Virus record (IMG/VR): IMGVR_UViG_3300042473_001002
DNA: 64,000 nucleotides
Reading direction: 5' to 3' (one strand)
Source of the DNA: a virus
Lineage: Duplodnaviria; Heunggongvirae; Uroviricota; Caudoviricetes; Crassvirales
This document shows positions 47,601-56,766 of this stretch, piece after piece (within the stretch, counting starts at the first letter, position 1; each line of letters starts with the position of its first letter). The notes beneath the pieces are model-generated. The model was not told the DNA's origin and made no database searches. It saw only the letters and a list, made by a program, of their open reading frames with translations. A program made the translations under genes and the position numbers.

Positions 47601-48683
47601 TGTAGATTCTTTATAACTATATTCAGAAGTATTAAAATTATTCATATCTAAACTAAAAGCTTGAACAAATTCATTTTTAATTTCTTCACTTAATTCAGCT
47701 TGAGATAATAATCTATAAAGTTCTTTAAAATAAGGTTTTTTATTTTCTAATTTTAAAACTTCAGATTTTAATATTTCAAATTTATCCTCTTGAACACCAT
47801 CTTTAACAATTGCTACTTGATTAGTTAAATACGGTAATAATGAAGAATATACCTCATCAAAAGATAAATAAACTGTATCATTTAAAAAATTATCTTTAGC
47901 TAAAGTATTAACAATTAAAGATAACCTTAATTTAACATTAGCTGAAATATTACCTTTAGTTGACATTTCATAAGATGCTCTACCAAATCCAGGATCTTTT
48001 TCATTTTCATTAATCTCAATATTAGCTAAATCACTATCTTCATTATCTTTATTAAATTTTTCAGAAGATTTAATTTTATATGTTTCTAAAGAATTAACTA
48101 CATTTTTAACAAGTTCATCTAAATTTTCATCTAATGCAATTTCTAATAAATCAGCAATATCTTCAAAATTATCATTACCACTATCTCTAAAAGTATCAAT
48201 TCTTTCATTTAATTTATCAATAATACTTTCTCTAATTGAAACAGATTCTGTATTTAAATTAATATTTTCAAAATCAATATTTAAATGATTTTTAAAGTAA
48301 TTGTTAACTAATACTTTAGTTATAGATTCAATTTGTTTATTATTAAATAATGATTTTAAAGAAGTTGTATTTTCAATAATTTCAACTTTATTCTTATCTT
48401 TATCTATATAATAATAGTTACCATTTTTTTCATTTTTAAAAAGTTTAGGTTCACCATTATCTTCAATACGAGATATACCAGGTTTATAACTATAATCTAC
48501 AGTTTTCATACTAGGTTCTCTATTAAAATCTTCAACCCAATCTCCAAAATTTTTAAGAAATTCAGAATCAGTCTTAAAATAAGAATGACGAGCTATTGCT
48601 AACTCCTCATTCCCATTATAAGCTTCTAATATATTATTATACAATAAGGACTCTTGTCCATTTACTACAAATTTACACGCCAT
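41640..48683 (-). CDS. giant virion protein (2347 aa) with a DxDxD motif; candidate crAss-like virion-packaged RNA polymerase
   Basis: AYTGITTKTGSDYDIDKMYLMFP, with DYDID at residues ~1405-1409 coded at + 44457..44471. One of three tandem giant genes. Confidence 0.55.
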   Translation of the reverse strand: MACKFVVNGQESLLYNNILEAYNGNEELAIARHSYFKTDSEFLKNFGDWVEDFNREPSMKTVDYSYKPGISRIEDNGEPKLFKNEKNGNYYYIDKDKNKVEIIENTTSLKSLFNNKQIESITKVLVNNYFKNHLNIDFENINLNTESVSIRESIIDKLNERIDTFRDSGNDNFEDIADLLEIALDENLDELVKNVVNSLETYKIKSSEKFNKDNEDSDLANIEINENEKDPGFGRASYEMSTKGNISANVKLRLSLIVNTLAKDNFLNDTVYLSFDEVYSSLLPYLTNQVAIVKDGVQEDKFEILKSEVLKLENKKPYFKELYRLLSQAELSEEIKNEFVQAFSLDMNNFNTSEYSYKESTNESDWVTVVDQNNIVRTIKPLIKTFKNINVSETGKKETDIFNEWNKNFKSRFVTETKEGSTITKESKDKLKVIQLNLNKIKYNQEDNIKRIVDILRDIGVENTTKGFQHFIDDLKLINNDNELSEKIFNKAVTDLSFFVKNIIENKNTNYNNILSDQNLFKQLAKAESFYISEGSDASVFTAGKQKWVYSYPSYLSNTIKSWKKDRNILLKHYEVSKFNEGSDWMKYLLALDDTYQVNDFLPQPVQEQERIKESQRRINDLDIYTFNTSQEEGNSIDGKTNKDISKAEYISDTINKLLGFTVNRKTYYRTTTPADKGTQLEISINRYLKSNARYGTGNRDIVVNEEVINTIFNYFDAEYKRMKFELEFMKDPNNADKLRVYYHTDRKGSVGMHFDPKTSKRTYFNNLADYNAYDVEGNKQLLGHAFKSQLFPSLSFDKITDTLKNSNLDFKNIYDENGNAYLSTLKNSKFESDIKSYIANELSNGIQETLDNLIKNKIFEETSEGIVNKELDDKIWSSYGSNNALKASADFFINSLISHVEYSKMFAGDVAYYKNAVDYKKRVPATYTDGLYQRLNNDNKNYTIASIESVEIDSPFLPEITELLGETLGNKYKDINSADAQAWISPNRWKDLMQTIGKWNATYESAYNKLIGDNNEPFTLNELKAVAPPLKGVYFQVVDGVPIFLKYSQAVLSPRLRKGNGLEKIYNQMVSQEIDELVTFDAIKVGSNKPIKIHNIDGSLKDNFQFEPFSIPSNGWKLQQDLPIKTMHDTEVGSQIQKNIFQGLAFNLDKDFTLDNESISGNQVIENIANVVGELSNLGYESVLKEFGVDSNGVITNLEGFYNSIVSELKSRGGSQNIIDALESEISIYGVAQAKDKLQNIFSSILTKRMLKIKTNGGSFIQMSNFGLYSDSPKTQSIIWSPRALKTTHEPQFLRDEKGKFILSENGKKIIRPGGILISGSFIAKYIPDYHKYKPEQLFGYTNENGEFVNGIIDRKILENIVGYRIPNQGLSSNDALEIVGILPEENGDTVVAYTGITTKTGSDYDIDKMYLMFPSFKPQYNINKKLRNYVYKNLRGKTKLETIDNINAVIDQINPDYDTDFNVDEFSESLLNLDISDITDEEDLLLKDNISLFVDIILKTKKESPLLNYIKEETEITKVSKLRYENYDNSKPDSEQTKAALQNRLIELYKSVLLNENVIGEVMTPVDFDYIKNDIRSIAKVAPTTNLSTFNQLKDIDVKYSFLAGKAGVGQQANALMDYVLGSLANLSITNFNVPKSNLNLDQEYSQELSQSDLDYYAKELNLSKEQVNTLKSVKISNSLSAILNAFVDIAKDPYITEGNWVTMTTNTGNLLLRKGVHPFYVNAFLAQPVIKEYVEFSEQYESSDNQNISTSDEFIKQKFGKDNYDNTNKTNIFSKSLKDLRENVIKNDESFQMDVFNTFLQYQAASKAIKTNIDASKFMVNGVGGSINSLMIAKNAVDSILDAEDKYNNLSEEDKDNFRGNLILGFNSKFTNPNGSESMFSKYYKNVILKSIDIVKSNPILFLEGNETIQNTFNEISKDINNEILLDNELGKQLGKTFYSYIMSGFQPLKITSKERRDLILNFPKEFETFKNNNSYIITEQITVKPGDSFEFVGLNNRKKSKEFEESMINSFLDLLNDNEEFANKLIKYSYLTSGFNNTSTQFFNMIPTQWFSRNNINRYIIDSDTKYKNYNEDNDVNFIDQFYLSNLDNRKFVKNITDGQIQKELKTINGFVVKKPGKVGYYRVKKSNDDLDIYYKLIGYNSNYQGVYTRFIPNINSEFSEIKPLNVRDKKGNRIVNFDTNGINLKAITETNPEVAKSVDKKQIELLNNEAVISRDIFYRENIIIKKDNNLNESKTPVFDTLPSKSQGDQLSLFGATAEELEVKPKTEYIFDNEDDAIAKIEGQKKDGTFGGKQLPTGTIIKIKDSYFTVKNEVNEDIDLIPLKKSVEDDWQNEDNDDTCVPF

Positions 48684-48685
48684 AA

Positions 48686-51600
48686 TTATTTACATATTTT
48701 TTTCCATTGTTCTGGATTACTTTGTTTCCAAGCTTCAAATTTAGCAATATCTCTTTCAGATACTAATTTATCTTCTTGATATTTTTTAATTAAACTATTA
48801 ATTAATCTTTGTTCTGTTGCTGGATTAACTACTTTTACAGTTTCAAATACTTCTTTTTGAGTTTCTTTAACTTCTGTATTTTGAGGTGTTCCAGGTATTT
48901 CTGACAAAGATACAAAATTTTCTTGAGAATTCCTAGTATTATTGGGTTTATTTTCAAATAAATCTTCAAATCCTGTATTTGTCGTAGTAACTTGTACACC
49001 TGCATCAGATACTTTAGGGTTAATTAAATTATTATATTTACTATTTAATAATAATCTAGTAGGGTGATTTTCAGCCCAAGCCATTATTTTACCTGTAATA
49101 GTTGACATAATTTGTTGTTTATTATTAACAACATATTTAACACCTTTATCATCTTCAATAACTTTAGCTCTACCTTCTTTAATTGCTAAATTTGCAAATA
49201 TTTTTCTTCTATCTGCAGAATCTTCTTTAAAGACTTCTTCACCATTAGAATTTAGTATTCTAGTTTTATCAATTGTATAAGTTTGAGTTTGTTTCCCTGT
49301 TGGTGTATAACTAATAGAAGTTCCAGTTACAGGTTGTGTAACAGTTGATATATTACCAAATAAATTTTCAAATCCAGTTCCTTCTGTTTTAACTTCAACT
49401 CCAGCATCAGATACTGTCGGTTGTTCTAATGCTTTTAGTTCTACATCTAATTCTGATTGTGCTTTGCTAATCTTAGCATCTATTTGAGATGTGTCTACAG
49501 AAGTATTTTTATTGTTTATTTTTTCTATGCCTTCATTATCATAATCAATTTCCCCTCTCTCAATTAAAACATATTTATCTCCTTGTAATTCTACAATAGC
49601 AGGTTTTATAGTTTGTATAGTTTTTGCTTTAGGATTAAATGCTGATATTGCTTCAAAAGTAGGTTCTATTCTTTTATCTGGATATTGTAAAGCCATTTTT
49701 ACAGCACTTGGATTTTTTGTGTCTATATACACAGCAAATCTATTATTAGCAATCGGTTCAAAAGCTAATATAGAAGCTCCTTCGACAAAAGAAGTTCTTT
49801 CAGAAGACTTATTAAAACTACCATCTTTATTTGCGGAAGATAAATATACTGAAACTTTAGAAGGGGTCTTAGCTGTAATTTTTTGAGGATTATTACTTTG
49901 TATTAATAAGTCGGTTTTTTGTTTTTCTAATTTTGTAACTTCAGCTTTTTTAGCTTCTATATCAGATTGAACATTATTTGTTTCTACAGGTTTAGTTTGA
50001 TTAGAAACTGTAATACCTGTATTTAAATAAATATTAGTATAACCTTGAAATGTTGGTTCATTAACAACAGCATTAGTAGATAATATATTATTATCAACTA
50101 AATATTTAAGATAATCTGCAGAATTAGATTTAAGATTTGTTTTAGTATTATCTGTTTCAAATTTAGGACCAATTTTAATTTGATGTCTTTTTTGATTAAT
50201 TAAAAAATCAATAATTTCATTTTTACTTTGTTCTATATTTTCAACAGTTGATTCTTTATTCCCAAATAATAAAACACCATTATCAATTTGCATTCTAGAT
50301 TTAATATTATCAGATTGATAAATTAATAAATCAATAATTTCATTTAATTTAATATCGTTTTTATTACCACCTATAATTGATAATTCAGCTTTAAAATTAT
50401 CTTCAATTAATTGTTTTAATTCTTCATTTATTTCAGATAAAGTAGTATCTAATGATTTAGCATTTGTTAATATTTCTTTATAAATATCATAAAGAATAGA
50501 TGCTTCATTTTCATTAATTTTTTTAATATTAAGTTTTAAAGGAAACATTTTACCATTAGCTTGTGGAATCATTAAATATATTTCACCTGCTGCATTTGGT
50601 TTAATTTTATCATTAATAAAATCACTAGTTTGTTCTGTTAATATATTTTGTAATTTACCAAATGAATTAACAACAAATAGATTTTCTCTAATATAATTTA
50701 AATCTTTAACTCCATCTAATTGAAGAATATTATTATTTGCTAATCTATTTTCATCAATTTTTAATATTCCTTTATATTGATCTTGGATAGTTGTAGATAT
50801 ATTTTCAATTAAAACACCATTAATTAAATTACTAATAATTTCCGTTCTTAATAATTCTGTAGCAGTATTAATATCACCTGTAGTTCTTCTAGTTTCAATT
50901 GGAGCTTTTACTTCATTTGTAAATAATATATTTATAGGTAAATAATCTATTAATAATTTAGGATTAGAAAAATCTTTATTATTGAAAGCATTTAAAGCTT
51001 CTAAAACTTTAGGATTTTTACCAGGAGTTTGATTAATTTCAAATTTAACTTCTTTACCAGATTTATTAACAGGTTCTCTTTCGTATTTTAAATATAAAGG
51101 AAATTGTTCAGTTATGAAAGTTAATGGTAATCCTGTATTTTTATCTGTACTAATTACTTTAACACCTAATCCACTATCTACTTCACTATTTTGAATACTA
51201 TTGAGCTCTTTTACTGTATTATTTTCAGCTTCTTGAGGAATAAGTTCATCTGTAATAATAGACCCTTCTGTAGCTGTTAAACCATCATAAGCTGTTACAT
51301 TATTAAAATCTTCATCTTCTTGTTTAGCTTCAGAAACTTCTTCAGCTTGTTTAATTTCTTCAACTTTAATAATTTCTGCTTTTTTCTCTTCAATTTTTTG
51401 TTGAATAATAGGATTTGTTTGCTTTTTACTTTCTTTAAATTTTTGTAATTTATTCCAAAATTCAATTTCTTTATTTAAAGATTCTTTTGAAAGTTTATCA
51501 TTAAGTGCTTTATTAATTCTTAATATTTTATCTTTTTCTTGAATTAATTCTTTTTTAGATTCTTCAATATTTTCAATAGCGTCATTTAATTCTTCTTGTA

Positions 51601-54600
51601 AAAAATATAATTCTTCACTATTATTTTCATCACTTTTTAAATAATCTTTAATAGTTTGTTCAAGTACAGATTTATAATTTTCAAGATAATCAATTACATT
51701 TTCAAGTCCTTCTATATTTTGATTAACATAAAATTGTTGAGTTTCTAACCTACTAATATCAAATCTATGTTCACCAAATCTTTCTTTATTTTTTTCAAGA
51801 TAGTTTATAATATCATCAATATTTTTAAAACCAACTTTATTTATTTGTTCTAATCTTGAATAAAGATAATTTAAATTCTGATTAATAGAAGTTAAATTTT
51901 TAATTAATTGAGTTTTTTCTGATTCTAATTTTTTAATTTCAGATTCTACTTTTTTAAGTTCATTTTCAGTTTCTCTTATTAATCTTTTTAAAACCCTATT
52001 CTTAGATTTTTTAGTAGTATTAGGTAAAGATTTTTTTAATAATTGTTTTGATTCAAGTAATTTAGTAATTCTATTATCAATTTCAATTAATTTATCAGAT
52101 AATTCTTTATTTTTATTTGCATATTTTTCAGCAATTTCAAAAACAATTTCTTCAAATTGACTTCTTTCATCAATAATTTTTTTAATAGAATTTTCAATAG
52201 AATCAATAACTCTATTTACATCATAATTACTAAAATTTGAATTTTTTACAATTTCAAGAACATTTTGAAGATTTTCTAAAGAACCATCATCTATAATACG
52301 TTGTTTTATATTATTTAAAATAGTTAACTCATCTTCTTTTTGAGATGTTGTTTTTTCAACATCATCTTTTTCAATATTTTCAACTTCTTCAATAGTTGTA
52401 GCTGTATTTATAGCTTGTATAATTTTATCATTTTTAGCTGCATTTTCAGGACTAGCTTCCTCTTTTATTTTCTTTTCAGCTTTAATTTTAGCATCTAATT
52501 GTTGATTAAGATATTCATTATTCCAAATTAAATCATTTGTAGTTTCATTAAAATCTTTTAATTTATCTTTTTGCTTTTTAATTTGTTCATTTAAATAATT
52601 TAATCTTGGATTATTTTGATATATTTCATTACCTGTTAAAAAAGCAAATCCATTTTCATCAACATCAATTTCTTTAATTTGTTTAGTTGCTTTTTCTACC
52701 TTTTTAACTGTTTTATCAGTTGGTTTGTAAAAAAATCCAGGAGAATTATAACCAATTTCTTTTAATATATTACTTTTTTCAGATTCTAATTTATCTAATT
52801 TTTCTTTAGCGTCATATTCTTCAGATCTTTCTGAAATAAAAGCATAACCTACACTATTTAAAAAATCAGCAATTTGAGTTTCTGTTGCTTCAGGATTATT
52901 TAATCTAATAATTGACTGAGACATATCTTTAAAAGATGCTAAATCTTTTTGTAATACTTTAGCTTTATCAATTACATTACTAATTCTTTCTTTATTTTCA
53001 GTATTTTGCTTAACTTGATCTGCAGATAATGTAGAACCATCTTCATTTTTTTCACTTACTGGAAATATTACTTTTAAATGTTCATTTAAAGCATCTAAAG
53101 TTACAACATCTTCTCCTATAAAATTAGTTATGATGTTAAATTCACCTTGTTTTTTTAAAGCTTCTAGTGTTTCAGTATCACCTTGCTCAATTGCTTTATC
53201 ATAAACTTCAGAAAGTACTCCTTGCAAATCTAAAGCTTTTTTAATTTTAGCTACATTTTCAGGTATAAATATTTTTTTACCATCAACTTCTTTATCTCTA
53301 GTTATAGTTTCTCCAGTTTCTGGATTTGTATATTCTTCAGTTTCATAAATTGGTGTATTATAAATATCTTGCAATGCTGTAGATTGACCATTAATTTTTT
53401 CTCTTAATCTTTCTGTATTTTTTCTATCCGCATTATCTTGTCTATATCCCTGAACTATAGATATAGGTGAACCTAAAACACCACCTAAAAATCCAGCAAC
53501 TTGACCTTCTGTAGTACCTAATGATTTAACAAAATCTTGACCAAATGTAATTAAATTAGCATCTTGAATAGCGTATTCACTAAGACTATTATTTATAGCT
53601 CTATTTGCATTTCTATGTTCTGTAGATGTTTGACCTACTTCTTCAGATCCTTCAGATAAAAAAGCTTTACCTGTTCTTTTTAAACCTTGTTTAACTGTAT
53701 TTTTAATAGTTTTATCCGCAGCTTTACCTGTAATTTTATCAATTAAAACTTTAGAAGGATTTTTACCAAACACTAATTTAGCTTGAATATAATTTGGAAC
53801 AGCTAATATACCTACATTTGTTAAAAATGTATTTCTCATAGCTCTACCTTTTTGTTCTAAAAATGCAGATTCTGCAAGTTCGTTTGCTACAATTTCAGGT
53901 AATTGTTTTCCTAATTTATTATATTCATCAATTGAAATTTCACCAGATCTTAATTTAATATCTAATTCTTCCGCTTTTTCTAAAGCTTTAGTTTGAAAAT
54001 CTTTAGAATTAATATCTAAATTAGATTTAAATTTATCTATAAATTCAGATTTTCTAGATTCAATACTATCTCCAACACCTTTAGCTTCTGCACCAGCTTC
54101 AAAATATGTATTAAATGCTGGTATCATATAACTGTCAATTTTACTTGTAGTTAATCCAGCATTAGTTAATGCTTTTCTAGCTACTTCAATATTTTTACCA
54201 TATCTTAATGCGGTAGCTTTAGTTATACCTCCAAATATTTTATTAGCACCACCTAAAGCTTTAAAAGCAGCACCTGGAGCCATAGCAGATATTAAATATC
54301 CTACACCATCGGCTCCTTCAGTAGCCCAAAATTCCCCAGAAGAAACTTTATCTAAAAAGTTTCCATTATCTACTGTGTCACTAACATATACAGGTAAATA
54401 TTCTCCTTGAATATATTTTTGAATATTTTCTGCAGCTTTTATAAAATCATTATTAAAAGCTGTTTCTAAAAAATCATGTTCATCTCTACCTGTAATTAAA
54501 TCAGATGTATTACCTGCAATACCTAATGCTGTACCACCAATTGCTCCAACAGTTTTTGCAATTTCAGTTCCAACTTTAAGACCTACTCTTCCAAAGAATT

Positions 54601-54895
54601 TTCCTGTTTCATCTAAACCACCTTGATTACTAGCTCTTATTTCATTATAAGGATCTTCTGCTGATAAATTAATATGTTGGTTTAAAAAAGGATTTATTCC
54701 TTCATCTAAATAATCTTGATTTGAACTATCAAAATTAACCCTATGTGTTTCATTATCAAAAGCATTTGTTGTAGCTAATTTTATATTATTTTTATTTTTA
54801 GACCAATTTTGGTATAAATCACTTTTTTCAACTAAATCTAAAAATTTATCATCATAACTTTTAGCTTTTGTTTTATTAGGTTCTCCTATTGCCAT
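48686..54895 (-). CDS. giant virion-associated coiled-coil protein (2069 aa) with duplicated C-terminal motifs
   Basis: Long heptad-rich regions and the two repeats VSDAGVEVKTEGTGFENLFGN and VSDAGVQVTTTNTGFEDLFEN. Confidence 0.55.
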   Translation of the reverse strand: MAIGEPNKTKAKSYDDKFLDLVEKSDLYQNWSKNKNNIKLATTNAFDNETHRVNFDSSNQDYLDEGINPFLNQHINLSAEDPYNEIRASNQGGLDETGKFFGRVGLKVGTEIAKTVGAIGGTALGIAGNTSDLITGRDEHDFLETAFNNDFIKAAENIQKYIQGEYLPVYVSDTVDNGNFLDKVSSGEFWATEGADGVGYLISAMAPGAAFKALGGANKIFGGITKATALRYGKNIEVARKALTNAGLTTSKIDSYMIPAFNTYFEAGAEAKGVGDSIESRKSEFIDKFKSNLDINSKDFQTKALEKAEELDIKLRSGEISIDEYNKLGKQLPEIVANELAESAFLEQKGRAMRNTFLTNVGILAVPNYIQAKLVFGKNPSKVLIDKITGKAADKTIKNTVKQGLKRTGKAFLSEGSEEVGQTSTEHRNANRAINNSLSEYAIQDANLITFGQDFVKSLGTTEGQVAGFLGGVLGSPISIVQGYRQDNADRKNTERLREKINGQSTALQDIYNTPIYETEEYTNPETGETITRDKEVDGKKIFIPENVAKIKKALDLQGVLSEVYDKAIEQGDTETLEALKKQGEFNIITNFIGEDVVTLDALNEHLKVIFPVSEKNEDGSTLSADQVKQNTENKERISNVIDKAKVLQKDLASFKDMSQSIIRLNNPEATETQIADFLNSVGYAFISERSEEYDAKEKLDKLESEKSNILKEIGYNSPGFFYKPTDKTVKKVEKATKQIKEIDVDENGFAFLTGNEIYQNNPRLNYLNEQIKKQKDKLKDFNETTNDLIWNNEYLNQQLDAKIKAEKKIKEEASPENAAKNDKIIQAINTATTIEEVENIEKDDVEKTTSQKEDELTILNNIKQRIIDDGSLENLQNVLEIVKNSNFSNYDVNRVIDSIENSIKKIIDERSQFEEIVFEIAEKYANKNKELSDKLIEIDNRITKLLESKQLLKKSLPNTTKKSKNRVLKRLIRETENELKKVESEIKKLESEKTQLIKNLTSINQNLNYLYSRLEQINKVGFKNIDDIINYLEKNKERFGEHRFDISRLETQQFYVNQNIEGLENVIDYLENYKSVLEQTIKDYLKSDENNSEELYFLQEELNDAIENIEESKKELIQEKDKILRINKALNDKLSKESLNKEIEFWNKLQKFKESKKQTNPIIQQKIEEKKAEIIKVEEIKQAEEVSEAKQEDEDFNNVTAYDGLTATEGSIITDELIPQEAENNTVKELNSIQNSEVDSGLGVKVISTDKNTGLPLTFITEQFPLYLKYEREPVNKSGKEVKFEINQTPGKNPKVLEALNAFNNKDFSNPKLLIDYLPINILFTNEVKAPIETRRTTGDINTATELLRTEIISNLINGVLIENISTTIQDQYKGILKIDENRLANNNILQLDGVKDLNYIRENLFVVNSFGKLQNILTEQTSDFINDKIKPNAAGEIYLMIPQANGKMFPLKLNIKKINENEASILYDIYKEILTNAKSLDTTLSEINEELKQLIEDNFKAELSIIGGNKNDIKLNEIIDLLIYQSDNIKSRMQIDNGVLLFGNKESTVENIEQSKNEIIDFLINQKRHQIKIGPKFETDNTKTNLKSNSADYLKYLVDNNILSTNAVVNEPTFQGYTNIYLNTGITVSNQTKPVETNNVQSDIEAKKAEVTKLEKQKTDLLIQSNNPQKITAKTPSKVSVYLSSANKDGSFNKSSERTSFVEGASILAFEPIANNRFAVYIDTKNPSAVKMALQYPDKRIEPTFEAISAFNPKAKTIQTIKPAIVELQGDKYVLIERGEIDYDNEGIEKINNKNTSVDTSQIDAKISKAQSELDVELKALEQPTVSDAGVEVKTEGTGFENLFGNISTVTQPVTGTSISYTPTGKQTQTYTIDKTRILNSNGEEVFKEDSADRRKIFANLAIKEGRAKVIEDDKGVKYVVNNKQQIMSTITGKIMAWAENHPTRLLLNSKYNNLINPKVSDAGVQVTTTNTGFEDLFENKPNNTRNSQENFVSLSEIPGTPQNTEVKETQKEVFETVKVVNPATEQRLINSLIKKYQEDKLVSERDIAKFEAWKQSNPEQWKKICK
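48951..49019 (-). repeat. intragenic 69 nt repeat unit 2 (encodes PKVSDAGVQVTTTNTGFEDLFEN)
   Basis: A direct repeat of the unit at 49352..49420, about 400 nt away. Confidence 0.5.
49352..49420 (-). repeat. intragenic 69 nt repeat unit 1 (encodes PTVSDAGVEVKTEGTGFENLFGN)
   Basis: Shares the gtatctgatgc…gg.gt…ggatttgaa core with unit 2. Confidence 0.5.
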
Positions 54896-54898
54896 ATT

Positions 54899-56764
54899 TT
54901 ATTTACTTTTATTTTTTTTAGCAATTCTAATCATTAATGCTTCTCTTGCATCAGAATCAACTTGTGCTCTTTCATATAATTCCTCATTTGAAATTTCACT
55001 ATACGAATTTTCAACCATTGCATTATAAACTTCAGCTCCTTGATAATTACCCGTAATTTCATTAACACCACCTTTATCTTTCCAAAAATTAGCTATTGCA
55101 CCAGTTAAATTTTTATAACCTGCAGCTGAACCTGTATCAAATGCATTTGAGAATTTTTTAAGTTTAAAGGTAACAGTTACTGGTTTTTCAGCACCTCCAT
55201 AATCATTATATTCTGTAAATAAATTTCTATCCATTGTATATTCAGAAGCTTCTTTACCTGAATTAAAAGTTATTGTTATTTCTGGAGTTTTATTGTCACC
55301 ATAAGTTTTAATATTATTAATTTTAAATGATTTAGGATCACCAGTTTTTAATAATTCTTGAATATTGTTAACATCTTTTGGAGTCATATTCTTTTTAGTT
55401 CCTCCAGTTGTATGAATACTTGTTAAATCTAAAATATTTCCTAAATTTACACCTTTCATTACGTTAAATACATTTTCATTATGTAAATTCCATATTGACT
55501 CCTCTTTAGGTGTAGATGGCATATATGCATAATTATGTCTTACAGATGAAGATTCTTTCCAATATTTATTTTGAATTTCATTTTTTTTATTTTCAGCTAT
55601 AGATACCGCTGCTTTTCTTATAGCATATTCTCCTTCAGCTCCTCTACCAGTAGTAGGATAATCTTTAGCGTTTAATCTTTTTAAAGCATTTTGATATTCA
55701 TTATATGCTTTTTTATATTCAGGATCTTTAGATATTTTAGAATCTGCAATTTCTTTTAACTCTTTTAAATCATCTAATTTTGCTCTATCTGCTGAAGATA
55801 ATGATTTACTAGATTGTAATTGATTAATATTTTGAATTACATTTTGATAATTAGTTTCATCTAAAGCATCACTTGTTAAAGTACTATCATTATTTATAAT
55901 CATTCCTGTAGGATCGTAACTTACTGCTTCAGGTTTACTATAACTTCTATTAATATCTTCTTTTGTTATATCTGAATATTTAAGCATTGAATTAAAATCA
56001 TTTCTAATTCTTGCTTCATCAATACCTAAACCTGCATCACGAGCATATTCAGCACCTTCACCATTTATCCAACTATCTCTAAATGAATTATAAGCAGATT
56101 CTACTTGTTTAGCATTACTTCCTGTAACTCTGTTACCTTGTTTATCTACAAATACAGTCCCTCCATCAGGAGCTTGTTCTAAATGATACCCTCCACCTGT
56201 AGGAAAACCTTTAATTGTTTCACCTAATATCGAATTAGCTCGTGATAATTGTTGACCATAATCTTGAAATGCAGCAACTCCTTGTGGAGTAACATTTGTA
56301 ATAGATTTACCATCGTCACCAAAACCTGTATAATTACTAGTTTTGTTATTCCATAATTCTAAAGCTCTTTGACTTCCTATTTTATTAGCTTCAGCACTTT
56401 TTAAAAAATTTGCTTTTTCTGTATCATAAATAACTTTAGCTGTATTAATTTTACCAACTTCACCAGTAGGAGCTATTAAATCTTGATATTCACGATTTAA
56501 TTTAGTTATATTTTGTACTGTATTAGGATTAAACCCTTCTTTATTTAATTTATCAACTTCAGAAGATATTCTATTATCCATTTGCTGTTTTAATTCTAAA
56601 GCTCTATTAAAATGTTTGTCAAGAGGATTTGGATTTAATCTCATTGCTTCAGCCGCTGCAATACTAGAATCGTGTTTTTGTCTCATCATTGCTGGAGCCA
56701 ACATAATCTCTTGAAAAGATAAAGGATTAAATTTCGCTACTGTTCCAGAATCGTATCTATTCAT
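54899..56764 (-). CDS. hypothetical virion-module protein (621 aa)
   Basis: Contiguous with the giant genes on the same strand. Confidence 0.5.
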   Translation of the reverse strand: MNRYDSGTVAKFNPLSFQEIMLAPAMMRQKHDSSIAAAEAMRLNPNPLDKHFNRALELKQQMDNRISSEVDKLNKEGFNPNTVQNITKLNREYQDLIAPTGEVGKINTAKVIYDTEKANFLKSAEANKIGSQRALELWNNKTSNYTGFGDDGKSITNVTPQGVAAFQDYGQQLSRANSILGETIKGFPTGGGYHLEQAPDGGTVFVDKQGNRVTGSNAKQVESAYNSFRDSWINGEGAEYARDAGLGIDEARIRNDFNSMLKYSDITKEDINRSYSKPEAVSYDPTGMIINNDSTLTSDALDETNYQNVIQNINQLQSSKSLSSADRAKLDDLKELKEIADSKISKDPEYKKAYNEYQNALKRLNAKDYPTTGRGAEGEYAIRKAAVSIAENKKNEIQNKYWKESSSVRHNYAYMPSTPKEESIWNLHNENVFNVMKGVNLGNILDLTSIHTTGGTKKNMTPKDVNNIQELLKTGDPKSFKINNIKTYGDNKTPEITITFNSGKEASEYTMDRNLFTEYNDYGGAEKPVTVTFKLKKFSNAFDTGSAAGYKNLTGAIANFWKDKGGVNEITGNYQGAEVYNAMVENSYSEISNEELYERAQVDSDAREALMIRIAKKNKSK

Positions 56765-56766
56765 TA

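Noticed and set aside
34959-54895. Stop-codon reassignment (TAG or TGA recoding), as seen in some crAss-like and Lak phages.
   Set aside because: All three giant genes and their neighbours are uninterrupted ORFs under the standard code, with normal short gaps. There is no evidence of in-frame stops.
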